From positions 1-64,000 of IMG/VR virus record IMGVR_UViG_3300033075_001536: DNA of 64,000 nucleotides; one strand, given 5' to 3'. Made by a program: the position numbers and the translations under genes. The DNA is from a virus (lineage: Duplodnaviria; Caudoviricetes). Under the pieces are notes generated by a model, which worked only from the letters and a program-made list of their open reading frames with translations, had not been told where the DNA came from and searched no databases. Of this stretch, positions 1 to 10,977 are shown piece after piece (position 1 is the first letter of the stretch; each line of letters starts with the position of its first letter).

Positions 1-207
1 GAATTCCCAGAACTAGATTCTAAAATCTCAAATCTTAAAACTTCTAACCTCCATTTCAAGAAGCTCTACGAAGAATATAATACTTTAGATAAAGAAATTT
101 TTAAGATGGAAACATCAGAAGTATTTACAGACAAGACACTTGAAGATTTAAAGAAGAAAAGAGTTTTCTTAAAAGATCAACTTCTAACTATTTTAAAAGA
201 GAATTAA
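1..207 (+). CDS. YdcH/DUF465-family protein, 5'-truncated by window edge
   Basis: Frame 1 reads EFPELDSKISNLKTSNLHFKKLYEEYNTLDKEI...LKKKRVFLKDQLLTILKEN*, the FPE..I..LK....F..L...LD.EI...KK.R..LKD pattern of YdcH. Confidence 0.7.
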   Translation, partial: EFPELDSKISNLKTSNLHFKKLYEEYNTLDKEIFKMETSEVFTDKTLEDLKKKRVFLKDQLLTILKEN

Positions 208-632
208 TATTCTTTGAATATAGGATTATTCTTTATAGTTTTTCCATGTGCCTCTCTAACAATAGCCCCAATACATTCGGTATTATACATAGATTTTAAA
301 TTATATGTTAATAAGAAATATCCAAATTGTTTACAGACTTCACCACACCGATCAATAAATTCAAAATAATGATCTGATTCAACTAAATTTTTATAATCTT
401 CTTCCAATTTACCGGAGTCCCATCTTCTATACTTCGGGTTTAAAATTCCAATAAACATTTTATACTGATCCAATCCATTAGAATAGTTCTCCGATTTCAA
501 ATCAATCTTACATTGATATCCCTCATCTTCTAAAATATAAAAGAGGGATTCGATTTCTTCTTTAAGATTTCTAGCATTCTCCAACTCATCTTTAAATTTT
601 TTCAACTCATTCAAGATTTTAATATATCTCAT
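204..632 (-). CDS. YILEDEG-family phage protein with N-terminal CTS-like motif
   Basis: MRYIKILNE start; EIESLFYILEDEGY and YFEFIDR motifs shared with paralogs in the window. Confidence 0.75.
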   Translation of the reverse strand: MRYIKILNELKKFKDELENARNLKEEIESLFYILEDEGYQCKIDLKSENYSNGLDQYKMFIGILNPKYRRWDSGKLEEDYKNLVESDHYFEFIDRCGEVCKQFGYFLLTYNLKSMYNTECIGAIVREAHGKTIKNNPIFKEY

Positions 633-647
633 TTAATATATATTAAA
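632..647. promoter_or_regulatory. Bidirectional AATATATA putative late promoter
   Basis: Perfect palindrome TTTAATATATATTAAA between divergent starts at 632 and 650. Confidence 0.55.
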
Positions 648-649
648 GA

Positions 650-1255
650 ATGAAACAAGATAAGGATAAAGAACTCTTAAAATCTCTTAAAGATCTAGAA
701 CACAAAATGGGTCAGCTCAAAAGATACTCAGAATTTGTGAACAGGAAATCTATGTTTCCATCTGACGAAGAACTAAAGAAAGATAGATCCAAACTAACTA
801 AACTTTCTTCTTCTGTGGAAGAATTAATTTATTCTATGACGGATAATGGTTGGTTATATTACAAAGATTACGAACTTGTAAATTTTTACTCAGAAATAAC
901 CTTCGAAAAAGAATTTCCTTTCTCAGAAGCTTCTCAAGATTTAGTGGATGAGATTTCTTCAGAAATGGATGAGGTAGTTTCACACTTCTCAGAAAGAAAG
1001 TTTAACTGTCACTACAAACTAAAGTTTAATGGTAAAGACCAATCTGAGAACGATCCCCAAACACACAAGAATGATATCTACACATTCAAAGGACCAGTCC
1101 CAAGATTAGATAAATATAATAAACCATACACAGGTCGTCTCTTCTATCCTCAGGAAAGATTTGAAGAACTTAGATCCGGTGGTTGGACTCTTAGGATGAA
1201 ATCCTACGATTCTTCAGAAAATTTCATTGCACAAATTATTTTACTTTACATATGA
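650..1255 (+). CDS. Hypothetical phage protein
   Basis: 201-aa ORF; internal MGQLKRYSEF resembles the CTS-like motif. Confidence 0.7.
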   Translation: MKQDKDKELLKSLKDLEHKMGQLKRYSEFVNRKSMFPSDEELKKDRSKLTKLSSSVEELIYSMTDNGWLYYKDYELVNFYSEITFEKEFPFSEASQDLVDEISSEMDEVVSHFSERKFNCHYKLKFNGKDQSENDPQTHKNDIYTFKGPVPRLDKYNKPYTGRLFYPQERFEELRSGGWTLRMKSYDSSENFIAQIILLYI

Positions 1256-2523
1256 AGATAGAAAGATATACTGAATTTATTAATGAATCTCTGAATTTAG
1301 ACTGGGAAGAAATAAGACATATTCTAGATGATATGGGATCTGGTGAATTTACTCAAGATATATCTAAGTATTATACTTGGGCCAGAGAAACTCACGGACT
1401 CCCACTTGGGTTCTATGTTTGTGGTTATATTAACCAGATTCAAGATCCCTCAGAAGAAGATATTGAAACAGCTAAGGATAGATTGGAAGATATTGGACTC
1501 ACCCTAGTTTCACTAGACATTCCATCTACCTCATCTGACGGTATTAAATTTCTTTTAGTAGAAACCGATTTACTTAATAATCTAAAATCATCGGGTTATA
1601 AGTTCCTAGATGATTTAGATTGGAAAGATTGGCACATGAATAAAGTATTTCAAGATACAAGAATTTTTAGGCAATATACTGGGGTTAATGATATTCCTGA
1701 AAAAGTTATAGACACAAAACACTCCAGACAAAAAATTGGAGATTCTGAAATATCAATTGTTTGGGGACCAATGGGTCCATTTGAAGATGAGGGTCTTGAT
1801 CAATATGAATTCTATGATGGTGATGATACTTACAAAATATATTCCAAAGTTCAGGCAGAGTGTTTTAATATACATCTCCAACAAAGGGAAAGAGGTTCTC
1901 AAGAAGTATTTAAGAAATTAAGATCTTTTGAATCATTTTCTCAAGAAGAAAAGTCACTAGGTAGAGTTCTCATTCTCCATGGTTACGAAGCAACCGCTTC
2001 TGACTGTTTTTATCCTTGGTTAAAAGAAGAATTAGAAAATATTGGGTATGAAGTAGAACTTCCTGAACTTCCATCTCCATTTAATCCAAAAATCGCTGAC
2101 CAAGTTAAATATATACAAGAAAACTATCCACTCCAGAAAGACATAATAATTGCTCATTCTCTAGGTGGTTGTGTCGCTTTAAAATATTTGGAACAATCAG
2201 AAATGAAAACTAAATCACTTTACCTATTATCTTCTTTCTTAAACTTTAATTTTTATAAAGGAGATGAAGACATTGAAAATCTTAAACATGTTTTTTCTTG
2301 GAAATTTGATTTCCATAATATTAAATCAAAAGTAGAAGATATTTTCGTTCTCTATCCCTCAACTGATACCTCAGTTACGTTTAAACAAGCTTCCGAAATG
2401 GCTGATGCTTTTAACACAGAGGTTATTACTATGGAGTGCTCAGATGATCATTTTTGTGGGGAACAAGAGCCACAGATTTTAAATTTCATAAAAAATAAAG
2501 AAGGCTTGAATGAGGAAGCTTAA
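1252..2523 (+). CDS. Two-part protein: unknown N-terminal region plus C-terminal RBBP9/YdeN-type alpha/beta hydrolase
   Basis: LILHGY, FYPWLK, AHSLGG nucleophile elbow, DHF; N-terminus MKIERYTEFINE. Confidence 0.8.
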   Translation: MKIERYTEFINESLNLDWEEIRHILDDMGSGEFTQDISKYYTWARETHGLPLGFYVCGYINQIQDPSEEDIETAKDRLEDIGLTLVSLDIPSTSSDGIKFLLVETDLLNNLKSSGYKFLDDLDWKDWHMNKVFQDTRIFRQYTGVNDIPEKVIDTKHSRQKIGDSEISIVWGPMGPFEDEGLDQYEFYDGDDTYKIYSKVQAECFNIHLQQRERGSQEVFKKLRSFESFSQEEKSLGRVLILHGYEATASDCFYPWLKEELENIGYEVELPELPSPFNPKIADQVKYIQENYPLQKDIIIAHSLGGCVALKYLEQSEMKTKSLYLLSSFLNFNFYKGDEDIENLKHVFSWKFDFHNIKSKVEDIFVLYPSTDTSVTFKQASEMADAFNTEVITMECSDDHFCGEQEPQILNFIKNKEGLNEEA

Positions 2524-4900
2524 ACAATATAATAATTTTTATAATCTTCTTCTAGAATCACACCTTCTAGTAGATGATGAGTTTAAAAAAATAATTATTT
2601 CCACTAGAACAAAATCTATTGTTTCTAATAATTTATTTAGATTATTCAATAAGGATATTCAAACCAATGTCAATTATCTCTCACTTGGTAAAGCCAACGA
2701 TGAGGTTTTATTCACCAACGACAAACAAGTATCTCGTATAGTTCAATCTGGATCAGATCCATTTGAAAAATCTAGAAACAATTCAAAAGTAGGTCGTCTA
2801 GTTCGTCAGCTTTTGGTAGCCAATAATATAGATGTTACTGACAAACAAATTGAGGATTTTGTTAATCTATATAAGATAGAATGGGATGCTCTAAACTCAC
2901 CTGGTAATTTTGAAATAGTAGAAGGTGATAAAATTAAATTCTGGTATCTAGAATCTAACTACGAGAAAGGAAATGGCTCACTTTCTGGATCTTGCATGAG
3001 ATATCCAAAGTGTCAGGACTTCTTTGGTATTTATACAGATAATCCAAATGTTTGTAAATTAGTTATCCTAAAATCAGAGGATGGTACAAAATTACTTGGT
3101 AGAGCTCTTCTCTGGAAAATATGTGATGGTCAAGCTGATTACTACCTAGATAGAACTTACACACTAAGAGATTATGACGAGGGTAAAATGTTAAATTGGG
3201 TTCTATCTCAATTTCCAGACAAAAAGATTATATCCTACAAGAACAACGATTCTCTCTCAGGAGTAACTGTCCTTCTAGATAATTGTACTTTTGATAAGTA
3301 TCCATACATGGATTCTCTTAATTATCTAAATGTTTCAGAAAAGAAACTAATGGCTTCTCTCTCAAACAAAGAAGACCTATTCTTCCAGTTTGGAGATACA
3401 GGAGGACAATACACACCAATCAATCAAGTGTACTCAAAATTATATAAAAAGTATCTTAAACAAAAAGAATCTGCTTACGTACAATCTCTCTCTGATTATG
3501 TTCCAACTTCAGATTGCTATCTAGAGGTAAGATCTCTTAAAAGAAATCCGGTCTGGGTTTATAAAAAAGATGCTGTCTATTCAGAACTCTACAAAGGATA
3601 TATCTTTAAAAAGGATGCACTCGAAACAGATAAATGGGGAGTAGTTCCTCGCTGGAGTTTAGTGGAAGTTACTATTAATGATTTAGGAGGGAAAGAAAAA
3701 ATACCTCTCGAAGCATTTGGTGATAAATATTGTAGAGCATTTACCTCAGAGTACCACCACAAATTCATTAGGACAAAAGAAGCTTTCAAAGATATCTTAG
3801 GAACTTATTTTACAAATAAATCAAAATCTAAATTACTTTCTTCTCCAGATATTAATATCTGTGTCTTAAAAATGGCTAAGGTAAGTTCTTCTGGTTTGGT
3901 TAAATTAGGTTCTCCCGATATTCGTAAAAATTTCTTTCAAGTTGGAATGTTTAAAGAGGAACTTAACTCACAAACTGTTCAAGTTTGGGGACTTGAAGGA
4001 ACCGATCTTCCACTTGCTGTAGAATATTCTCATGTTCCAGGAATCTACTCTCCTCTATATTTAGCTATTTCTTTTGGTTTAGAGATTATCACTCAAGAAG
4101 AATTATACTTAACTCTAAGGAACTTTGCATTTGATGCTCTTGAAAGATTCCCAATTTATAACCTAGATAGAATAAACGATAAAACATCTAAAGAGACACA
4201 TTTAAATACGGTTCATACTCTTCTTGACTGGGATAAACAAATGACCCGCAGAAGTGGATACTATGTTCAGAATAAAGACTTTTTAAGTATTTCTCATATC
4301 TCAGAAAAAGAAAGGTTTAAAATTTTTAACAAAACAATTCAAGAAGGTTGGTCAGATTCAAGAATCTTTAAAAAATGGATCATGAATTTTAGATCTCAAA
4401 TGCTTGATCCAAAGAATTCGGAAATATTAAATAGAGTTCTTGGATACTTTAACAGAAGAAGACCATTCGGAGTCAATAGAAGATACAATTCACTTGAACT
4501 CACTGACTGGTTTGAATCTAACTTAGATAAGATATTATGTTATTTTTATATCTGGTATCTTACATTCGATAGATACAGCGCATCTAAAATGGCTGCTGAA
4601 TACTTTGGAGACTTTACTGAGAATACCAAATCTTGGTTAAATGAATTTACCTTTACCGAAAATTCACTTTCCTTTGGAGATGATCTTTATATGTTTGTAG
4701 AAGAAGGAAATTATGATTCTAAAGATGGCACTTCTGGTAAAGTATCTAGATGGATTCGTCAACAATTATTGAAAAGTAGTACCGCTAATGATGATTATAA
4801 TGATCAAACAGATGAAGGCTCATATACCTATCCGAATATTCTTCCTGCTCTTGAAAAATTTAAATCAGAAAATATACCACCTCTTTTAAAGAAAGGATAA
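2510..4900 (+). CDS. Large SCM-family phage protein (paralog 1), putative virion-internal
   Basis: KVGRLVR, GSCMRY, GRALLW, YLDRTY, YPYMDS. Confidence 0.75.
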   Translation: MRKLKQYNNFYNLLLESHLLVDDEFKKIIISTRTKSIVSNNLFRLFNKDIQTNVNYLSLGKANDEVLFTNDKQVSRIVQSGSDPFEKSRNNSKVGRLVRQLLVANNIDVTDKQIEDFVNLYKIEWDALNSPGNFEIVEGDKIKFWYLESNYEKGNGSLSGSCMRYPKCQDFFGIYTDNPNVCKLVILKSEDGTKLLGRALLWKICDGQADYYLDRTYTLRDYDEGKMLNWVLSQFPDKKIISYKNNDSLSGVTVLLDNCTFDKYPYMDSLNYLNVSEKKLMASLSNKEDLFFQFGDTGGQYTPINQVYSKLYKKYLKQKESAYVQSLSDYVPTSDCYLEVRSLKRNPVWVYKKDAVYSELYKGYIFKKDALETDKWGVVPRWSLVEVTINDLGGKEKIPLEAFGDKYCRAFTSEYHHKFIRTKEAFKDILGTYFTNKSKSKLLSSPDINICVLKMAKVSSSGLVKLGSPDIRKNFFQVGMFKEELNSQTVQVWGLEGTDLPLAVEYSHVPGIYSPLYLAISFGLEIITQEELYLTLRNFAFDALERFPIYNLDRINDKTSKETHLNTVHTLLDWDKQMTRRSGYYVQNKDFLSISHISEKERFKIFNKTIQEGWSDSRIFKKWIMNFRSQMLDPKNSEILNRVLGYFNRRRPFGVNRRYNSLELTDWFESNLDKILCYFYIWYLTFDRYSASKMAAEYFGDFTENTKSWLNEFTFTENSLSFGDDLYMFVEEGNYDSKDGTSGKVSRWIRQQLLKSSTANDDYNDQTDEGSYTYPNILPALEKFKSENIPPLLKKG

Positions 4901-4934
4901 TTTTTACTAGATGAATTTTAATATATAAAATATT

Positions 4935-7541
4935 ATGTCAAAGATTAAGAAAGTATCAGAAGATTTAGACCTTATCTTAGAATCTATTCTCCAAATGGAT
5001 AGAAAGTTTAGACAAGTTATAGAGATATTAGTGAACAACTACGATCCAATAGCTACCAATTTATATAGATTATTCAATAAGGATATTAAAACAAATATTA
5101 ACTTCTTAAATCTTGGTCCTGCAAATGATGAGATATCCTTTGTAAATGATACACAAGTTGCTAGAATTCTAGATGCTGGTGGTGATCCATTTTCAAAATC
5201 GAGAAATGTTCAAAAAGTCGGAAGAGCGGTTCGTCAAGTTCTAACCTCTAACGGAATAGAAGTAACGGACAAACAAATTGAAGAGTTTGTAAATAGATAT
5301 AAAACAGAGTGGGACAAGCTTAATGCTCCAATTAATATAGATTTTGTCACAGGAAATGAGATTAAAAAGTGGTACTTGGATGTCAATTATGTTTCTGGAT
5401 CTGGTCAACTAAATAATTCTTGTATGAGATATCCAGCCACTCAGAACTATCTTGAAATCTATACCAGAAATCCGGAACAATGTCAACTGGTTATATTAAA
5501 GACTCCAGACAACACAAAACTTCTTGGTCGAGCTCTTCTCTGGAAATGCTCAGAAGATTCAACAACAGTAGCAAGAACTCCTCTTAAAGTAGATTATTAT
5601 TTAGATAGAATATACACTGTTTTTGACCATGATAGAGATAAGATTAAAGAATTTGTTAAAAACAAATTAAAGGATAAAAATGTTATTTGTCATATTGATG
5701 TCGTAAATGACTTTTCAAAACTTAATAGAATTAAAGTATCTCTTGAGAATGTAGAATTTGCGCAATACCCATACATAGATTCTCTTTACAATGTATATCC
5801 AAATGAGAAATTTATATCTGCTGTAGATGATGCTCGTTCACTAGTCTACCAGTGTCGTCAAACAAACGGTAATAAAATAGTTAGAAACTGGGTTCATTCT
5901 GTTAATCTAAACAGATATTTCCCAGCATCTGAAGTTATTATGGTAGATTCATTAAGATCGTACATGCCTTTATCTGAATGTCTTCAGGACTATCAAGGTA
6001 GATGGATTTATCGCGGAGATGCTATCCAATCCGAAATATACGGGGTAATTACCCGTAGAAATGCTCAACAAACTCGTTGGGGTTGGGTTCCGAACAATGA
6101 GTTGGTGACAGTCTATACCAACACTTCATCCACTGTTGCAATGCCTAGAAGACTTCTAAACATCGAATTCTTTGAATGTAGAAATAGAAATGGTTCTTCA
6201 TCTTTCGGAACAGAAGAAGCGTCTTTCTTGGATGTTACTGGTAAAAGATATCTTTTAGCTGACAAGAGACATTTAATTGCAAGTTCTGCTAACTGGGAAG
6301 GTTTAGTTAAGGCTGTTCGTATTATGTCAGAGGATGTTAAACCTCTTGGAAATGTTCATCCATCAAGTTATGCTCCAGGAGTTACTTACCAGTTATATTC
6401 TCTTCCAGACTCAACTCTTCCAATTGCTATTAAATATAACTATCCACCAACAGAAAGGTTAGTAGCAACATATTCATTCTCAACACCTGTTTCACCAACA
6501 GCTTCGGCTCCCTCAACAACTTCAGGAGTTATAGCTCTCGAAACAGATGTAAATGCATTTAGATTGAGAAAAAGGAGAGCAGCTCGTGGAACAAGATCAA
6601 CAGACATGTGGATCCTAAAGAAAGGATATGCTCTAGATTACTTCTTAAACCACCCAATCACAGATAAAGTTATTTCAGATACACTTACTCTAATAAAGGT
6701 TGCTGGTAACCAAGAAACAACTTCTGCTAAAATGCAATTGCTAGCTGATACCAACAACTACTTATATTCCCAATCAGCTCCTTACCAAAGGGCTCTTAAA
6801 GAAGCGGTTTTAAAATCTTCTACTAAAGAATCTCTTTACAAAGAAGTCAATAAGAATCTAGAGAACTTCTGGAGAACAAGGGATTCTAATATAAGAACTT
6901 ATATGTCAAATATGGTTCAACATTTGTCTGCTCAAAGAGGACAAACCGCTCCAACTCTTCTTGACCAAATGTTAGAAGATTTTAATGGTCGTGGTCCATT
7001 TGAAACAGAAAAGCCTTTGGAACTAAACGAGTTCAAGCAGTTTCTTTTAGAAGCTAGAGAAATGTTTATCTGTCAAATTTATATTTGGAGTCTAACTAGA
7101 AATAGAGTTCTAGCCGGAAGAACAGCAGCCAGACATTACGGGTTTTCTGATAGAAGAAGTGCTGCTTACCTATCATCTTGGAGCTACAATAGATACTCCG
7201 GTCAAGTTGGAGAAAGAGTTTTCCAAGTATGTGAATCTTTCTTCCCAAATTCTAGATTTCCAGTTGGAAATCCAATAGCTTCTATGAAGTGTGAAGCTGC
7301 TTATACATCTACTGATCTTTTAACTATCGATAAAAAGACAAATACTTATAAAGAACTTCTCAAAGCTTGGGATATGTTTGTTAAAGAAAACTTTTCAACT
7401 GTATTTCCTCCTCTAACGGTTCCACCAATTCCAGGTGAAAGACTTTCTAAACAAAGAGTTCGTAAATTTGGAGTTAAAAAGGAAGAGCCTCTTTCTCCAG
7501 AAGAAAGAGTTCACAAATACAATGAATTAAGTGATGATTAA
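4935..7541 (+). CDS. Large SCM-family phage protein (paralog 2)
   Basis: N-terminal third clearly similar to 2510..4900 (RLFNKDI, NSCMRYP, GRALLWK, YLDRIY, YPYIDS); AATATATA at 4920-4927. Confidence 0.75.
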   Translation: MSKIKKVSEDLDLILESILQMDRKFRQVIEILVNNYDPIATNLYRLFNKDIKTNINFLNLGPANDEISFVNDTQVARILDAGGDPFSKSRNVQKVGRAVRQVLTSNGIEVTDKQIEEFVNRYKTEWDKLNAPINIDFVTGNEIKKWYLDVNYVSGSGQLNNSCMRYPATQNYLEIYTRNPEQCQLVILKTPDNTKLLGRALLWKCSEDSTTVARTPLKVDYYLDRIYTVFDHDRDKIKEFVKNKLKDKNVICHIDVVNDFSKLNRIKVSLENVEFAQYPYIDSLYNVYPNEKFISAVDDARSLVYQCRQTNGNKIVRNWVHSVNLNRYFPASEVIMVDSLRSYMPLSECLQDYQGRWIYRGDAIQSEIYGVITRRNAQQTRWGWVPNNELVTVYTNTSSTVAMPRRLLNIEFFECRNRNGSSSFGTEEASFLDVTGKRYLLADKRHLIASSANWEGLVKAVRIMSEDVKPLGNVHPSSYAPGVTYQLYSLPDSTLPIAIKYNYPPTERLVATYSFSTPVSPTASAPSTTSGVIALETDVNAFRLRKRRAARGTRSTDMWILKKGYALDYFLNHPITDKVISDTLTLIKVAGNQETTSAKMQLLADTNNYLYSQSAPYQRALKEAVLKSSTKESLYKEVNKNLENFWRTRDSNIRTYMSNMVQHLSAQRGQTAPTLLDQMLEDFNGRGPFETEKPLELNEFKQFLLEAREMFICQIYIWSLTRNRVLAGRTAARHYGFSDRRSAAYLSSWSYNRYSGQVGERVFQVCESFFPNSRFPVGNPIASMKCEAAYTSTDLLTIDKKTNTYKELLKAWDMFVKENFSTVFPPLTVPPIPGERLSKQRVRKFGVKKEEPLSPEERVHKYNELSDD

Positions 7542-7912
7542 ATTTTCTTAATCACCAAATCTCGTCTCACAGATTTTAATTTTTGAAGTTTTTCTTCTAA
7601 ATCAATTCGATAAGGAATATTATAAACATACTTGACCTGTTCTTTTTGGTGTTCATTCTCTATATTCTGAACAATCTTATCAATTTGCTTTATAGTCAAT
7701 TCTTCTCTATGATACTTAAACCAATCATCCTTTATATAAGAAGGCATATTGATAATTTCATTTAACTTATCTTTTTCTTCTTTTAGATAGAAATATAAAC
7801 CACCATCCTCAATGATTAGTTCTTCTATTTTGGTAATTGGATCTACCAGTTTATAGTAATTTGGACCAACTGGATCGCCTACCCACCTTTCAAACCTGAA
7901 AACAATTTCCAT
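7538..7912 (-). CDS. Hypothetical protein with C-terminal RDxKL-like tail
   Basis: Ends VRRDLVIKKI; abuts the topoisomerase gene. Confidence 0.7.
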   Translation of the reverse strand: MEIVFRFERWVGDPVGPNYYKLVDPITKIEELIIEDGGLYFYLKEEKDKLNEIINMPSYIKDDWFKYHREELTIKQIDKIVQNIENEHQKEQVKYVYNIPYRIDLEEKLQKLKSVRRDLVIKKI

Positions 7913-9253
7913 TTATTTGAATTTCTTTTTTAGTTCGTTTAAATCTTCTAGATACATATCCTTTGGATCGACTTTTTTTAATTCTTCTATCTCATTTTTC
8001 TTAATTTGAAAATCTTCTTTTAACTTCTCATACACCTCTTTAGTTAAGGAGTAAATTGCCATTCGAAGTAGATAATCAAAATCACCATCTATTTTTTCTA
8101 ACTTTAACTCTTCAATTTGTTTAATAATATCCACCTTCGGAACATTATTCACTTTAATTTTACCATCTAAGATAGCCTTAATGAATCTACCACGATTAGA
8201 AAGAACTTTTAGCTCATGGTTAAGCTTATCGAGCTTATATTCTTTTCTTTTCGTATAGAACCCAAGTCTAAAAATAACAAAGTATCGAATGATATCAGAC
8301 ACGCTGGAGAATATTTTAAGTTTACCATTCTCATCTAAGGTAGTTAAATTTTCAGTCTCATATTCTTCTAACTTTAAAAGCTTCAAAATTTTCTGTTCAT
8401 CCAATTTTTCTAAATAAGCTCGACTAAATTTGATAATATACTCAATACCATTTTTACAATTATCTTCATACGAATTTATTTTTCCGTCTTCTACTAGTTT
8501 GTCTAGATGAGATTCAAAAGCTTTATAGGTTAGAGAAGGTGGAAGCTCAGTTATTTTGATAGTAGAGGTATTGGTTTTTTGAAACAATCCTCGTATGATC
8601 CACCGGTTTGGTAGCTCAGGATCCTTGGTATAGGTTCCATGAAATACATTACTCTTTGGTTTAAGGTCTTCAATAGTCTTATTGTTCAATAATTTAATAC
8701 ACGAATCAATAAGTTCTTTTGGATCTCGATTAAGGATATTGGAAGCAAATCCAACGGCAATTCCAGATCCTCCGTTTAACAAAACAGTTGGAATAATCGG
8801 TAGAAAAAATCTAGGTTCAATTGATTCACCCTCTTCCTCTTTATATTCAAGAAGCTCGAAGTCTTTATAGAGTTGATGGAAGTTATCGGATAACTTGGTT
8901 TCAATATATCTTGCTGATGCCGCTTCAGGCGATCGGAGAGATCCATACTGACCAAGGTCTTCTAATAGAGAAGCATTATTTTTAAATTTTTGAGCCATAT
9001 TCACAATAGCCGCATTAAGAGAAGCATCCCCGTGATGATAATAACATTCAGAAGCAACACGACCCGATAGTTGAAAAACCTTTAAGGACTTTTCATTACC
9101 AGTCTTCCATATTCTAGAAGCAACATGGATTACTTTTCTTTGGGTTGGTTTAAAAGAATCAATCACGGAAGGAATTGCTCTGCCTTCAAGAACATACATA
9201 GCAAACTCTTTATACTCGGTGGATAGGAAATCACTAATGGTTTTATTATTCAT
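7913..9253 (-). CDS. Type IIA DNA topoisomerase, T4 gp52-like (GyrA/ParC-type) subunit
   Basis: RAIPSVIDSFKPTQRK, YHHGDASL, catalytic AASARYI, NGGSGIAVGF; short T4-like length. Confidence 0.95.
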   Translation of the reverse strand: MNNKTISDFLSTEYKEFAMYVLEGRAIPSVIDSFKPTQRKVIHVASRIWKTGNEKSLKVFQLSGRVASECYYHHGDASLNAAIVNMAQKFKNNASLLEDLGQYGSLRSPEAASARYIETKLSDNFHQLYKDFELLEYKEEEGESIEPRFFLPIIPTVLLNGGSGIAVGFASNILNRDPKELIDSCIKLLNNKTIEDLKPKSNVFHGTYTKDPELPNRWIIRGLFQKTNTSTIKITELPPSLTYKAFESHLDKLVEDGKINSYEDNCKNGIEYIIKFSRAYLEKLDEQKILKLLKLEEYETENLTTLDENGKLKIFSSVSDIIRYFVIFRLGFYTKRKEYKLDKLNHELKVLSNRGRFIKAILDGKIKVNNVPKVDIIKQIEELKLEKIDGDFDYLLRMAIYSLTKEVYEKLKEDFQIKKNEIEELKKVDPKDMYLEDLNELKKKFK

Positions 9254-9280
9254 TATAATTTATATATAGATAAAATAGAA

Positions 9281-10213
9281 TTGTTCATTTTGAAATATTT
9301 ATTACCTTTTAATGAAAAAATGGGAATTAATCAGGATCTTGAAAACCAGGTAGATGATTTCTACAAAGAAATAAATTTACCCGAAAACAAAGATAAGAAT
9401 GAATTTGATTTTTTTTATCACTGTTCTAAAGGTAATATTGGTTTCAAATTAATTATCAATGATAAATTAAATAAAGGAGAATCTGGTAAACAAGGAGAGT
9501 TCTCACATAATCCAATTTTATTTAACGGATTTACTATATCACTTTTAAATAGAAGAGATAAAGATGTCCTTCTACATGAATTAAAACACCTTGATTATGT
9601 TTTTCAAAATAAAAGAGCAAATACTAATAAATTAATTAAAGGTGTTCAGAGATTTGATAAAAAAAGATCAGATGGAATACAACAAGCTTTATTTCTATGT
9701 TATGTTTTTGATACTGATGAATTTCAAGCTAAATACCATGGATACTATTCTTATATAGATTCTTATATTAAAAAGAACCTAACAGAAGAATTAAAAACAT
9801 CTGATGGTATTACTAAGCTGGTGAATGCTGCTTTAAAAGAAAATACCGACAAGACTTATACTTACTATCTAAATAAAGATGATTTCAAATTTTTTAACTA
9901 TGGTATATCTCAAGATGACTTGAATACTCTATTAGTTAAATATATAAGAGATAAAGACATATCTTCTATTTCAAACAATACTGGAAATATACTAAAAGAT
10001 GTTATCAATACCTATAAATGGGGAATTAAATATACTTGGAATGACATTAAACATAAAATAGGACTTATCACTAAATCAGAGCAAAAAGAAATTAATCTCT
10101 TAGTTAAAAAATTAGAAAAAGATATTAATTGGAAAAGAAAGAAATATAATCGAAAATTTAGAAGAATACTAACACTTATGCTGGATAAATATTTACCAAA
10201 TAAAACAAGATGA
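9281..10213 (+). CDS. Putative zincin metallopeptidase
   Basis: LLHELKHLD (HExxH) and downstream DEFQAKY; LKYLLPFNE N-terminal motif. Confidence 0.6.
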   Translation: MFILKYLLPFNEKMGINQDLENQVDDFYKEINLPENKDKNEFDFFYHCSKGNIGFKLIINDKLNKGESGKQGEFSHNPILFNGFTISLLNRRDKDVLLHELKHLDYVFQNKRANTNKLIKGVQRFDKKRSDGIQQALFLCYVFDTDEFQAKYHGYYSYIDSYIKKNLTEELKTSDGITKLVNAALKENTDKTYTYYLNKDDFKFFNYGISQDDLNTLLVKYIRDKDISSISNNTGNILKDVINTYKWGIKYTWNDIKHKIGLITKSEQKEINLLVKKLEKDINWKRKKYNRKFRRILTLMLDKYLPNKTR

Positions 10214-10311
10214 TAGACCAAGAAGAGCTTAGATATGAATATGTTTATGGAGATGTTATAGAAGAACCAAAATCCCTAATCAAAAAGTTCAAAGATTTTT
10301 TTAATAGATAG
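10210..10311 (+). CDS. 33-aa small protein, not in ORF track
   Basis: ATGA overlap with the upstream stop; MIDQEELRYEYVYGDVIEEPKSLIKKFKDFFNR*. Confidence 0.5.
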   Translation: MIDQEELRYEYVYGDVIEEPKSLIKKFKDFFNR

Positions 10312-10315
10312 ATAT

Positions 10316-10531
10316 ATGAAATACATACAAACAAATGAAGAGTTTATTGGAAAGGTAAAGAAGTTTTTTGGTATTAGTCCATCTACACTCAGAGACTACC
10401 AGGAACATTTTGATGGTATTATATTTGATGGAGAAACTAAATCGCTTACCGGAAAATGTAAAAAGTGTGGAGTCCGTGAGGATATTATAAAACACAAGTG
10501 TAAAGATGAAACATCTAAGGAGAATAAATGA
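10316..10531 (+). CDS. Small protein with CTS-like N-terminus and CxxC...HxC Zn motif
   Basis: MKYIQTNEEF; CKKC...HKC. Confidence 0.65.
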   Translation: MKYIQTNEEFIGKVKKFFGISPSTLRDYQEHFDGIIFDGETKSLTGKCKKCGVREDIIKHKCKDETSKENK

Positions 10532-10940
10532 AAATATTTCCTCTTTTGAGGAATTCGATCTAGAGGAAATTAAAAATCTTTTAAATATATTAAAAGATGA
10601 TGGAGTTCCATTTGAATGTAAACTTGCTCATAGAGATAATCATTTCACTTTAGCTAGTGCTAATCATTTTCATAAAGACATCTATAAAAGTATATTTCCA
10701 GAAGAAACTAACTCTTGTAAAATTCCTTTTATCTATGTGATGATATATCCATATAAAGGTATTGATAAAAAAATTCCTTTACCAGAACATATTAATATAA
10801 TAAAGGAAAGATTTGAGTCTATGTCTGAATTTATTAATAGGGTAAATGAAATTTATATATTTCATACACCAACAAAAGAAGGTTTGTTATCACTAGAAGG
10901 GAGACCTGTTTATAAAATTGCAATTGTATCTAAAAAATGA
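10506..10940 (+). CDS. Divergent YILEDEG-family protein
   Basis: MKHLRRINE; EIKNLLNILKDDG; EFINRV. Confidence 0.7.
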   Translation: MKHLRRINENISSFEEFDLEEIKNLLNILKDDGVPFECKLAHRDNHFTLASANHFHKDIYKSIFPEETNSCKIPFIYVMIYPYKGIDKKIPLPEHINIIKERFESMSEFINRVNEIYIFHTPTKEGLLSLEGRPVYKIAIVSKK

Positions 10941-10977
10941 TATTCTTCGAAAAATCTTAGTCTTTTATATCAAAAAG

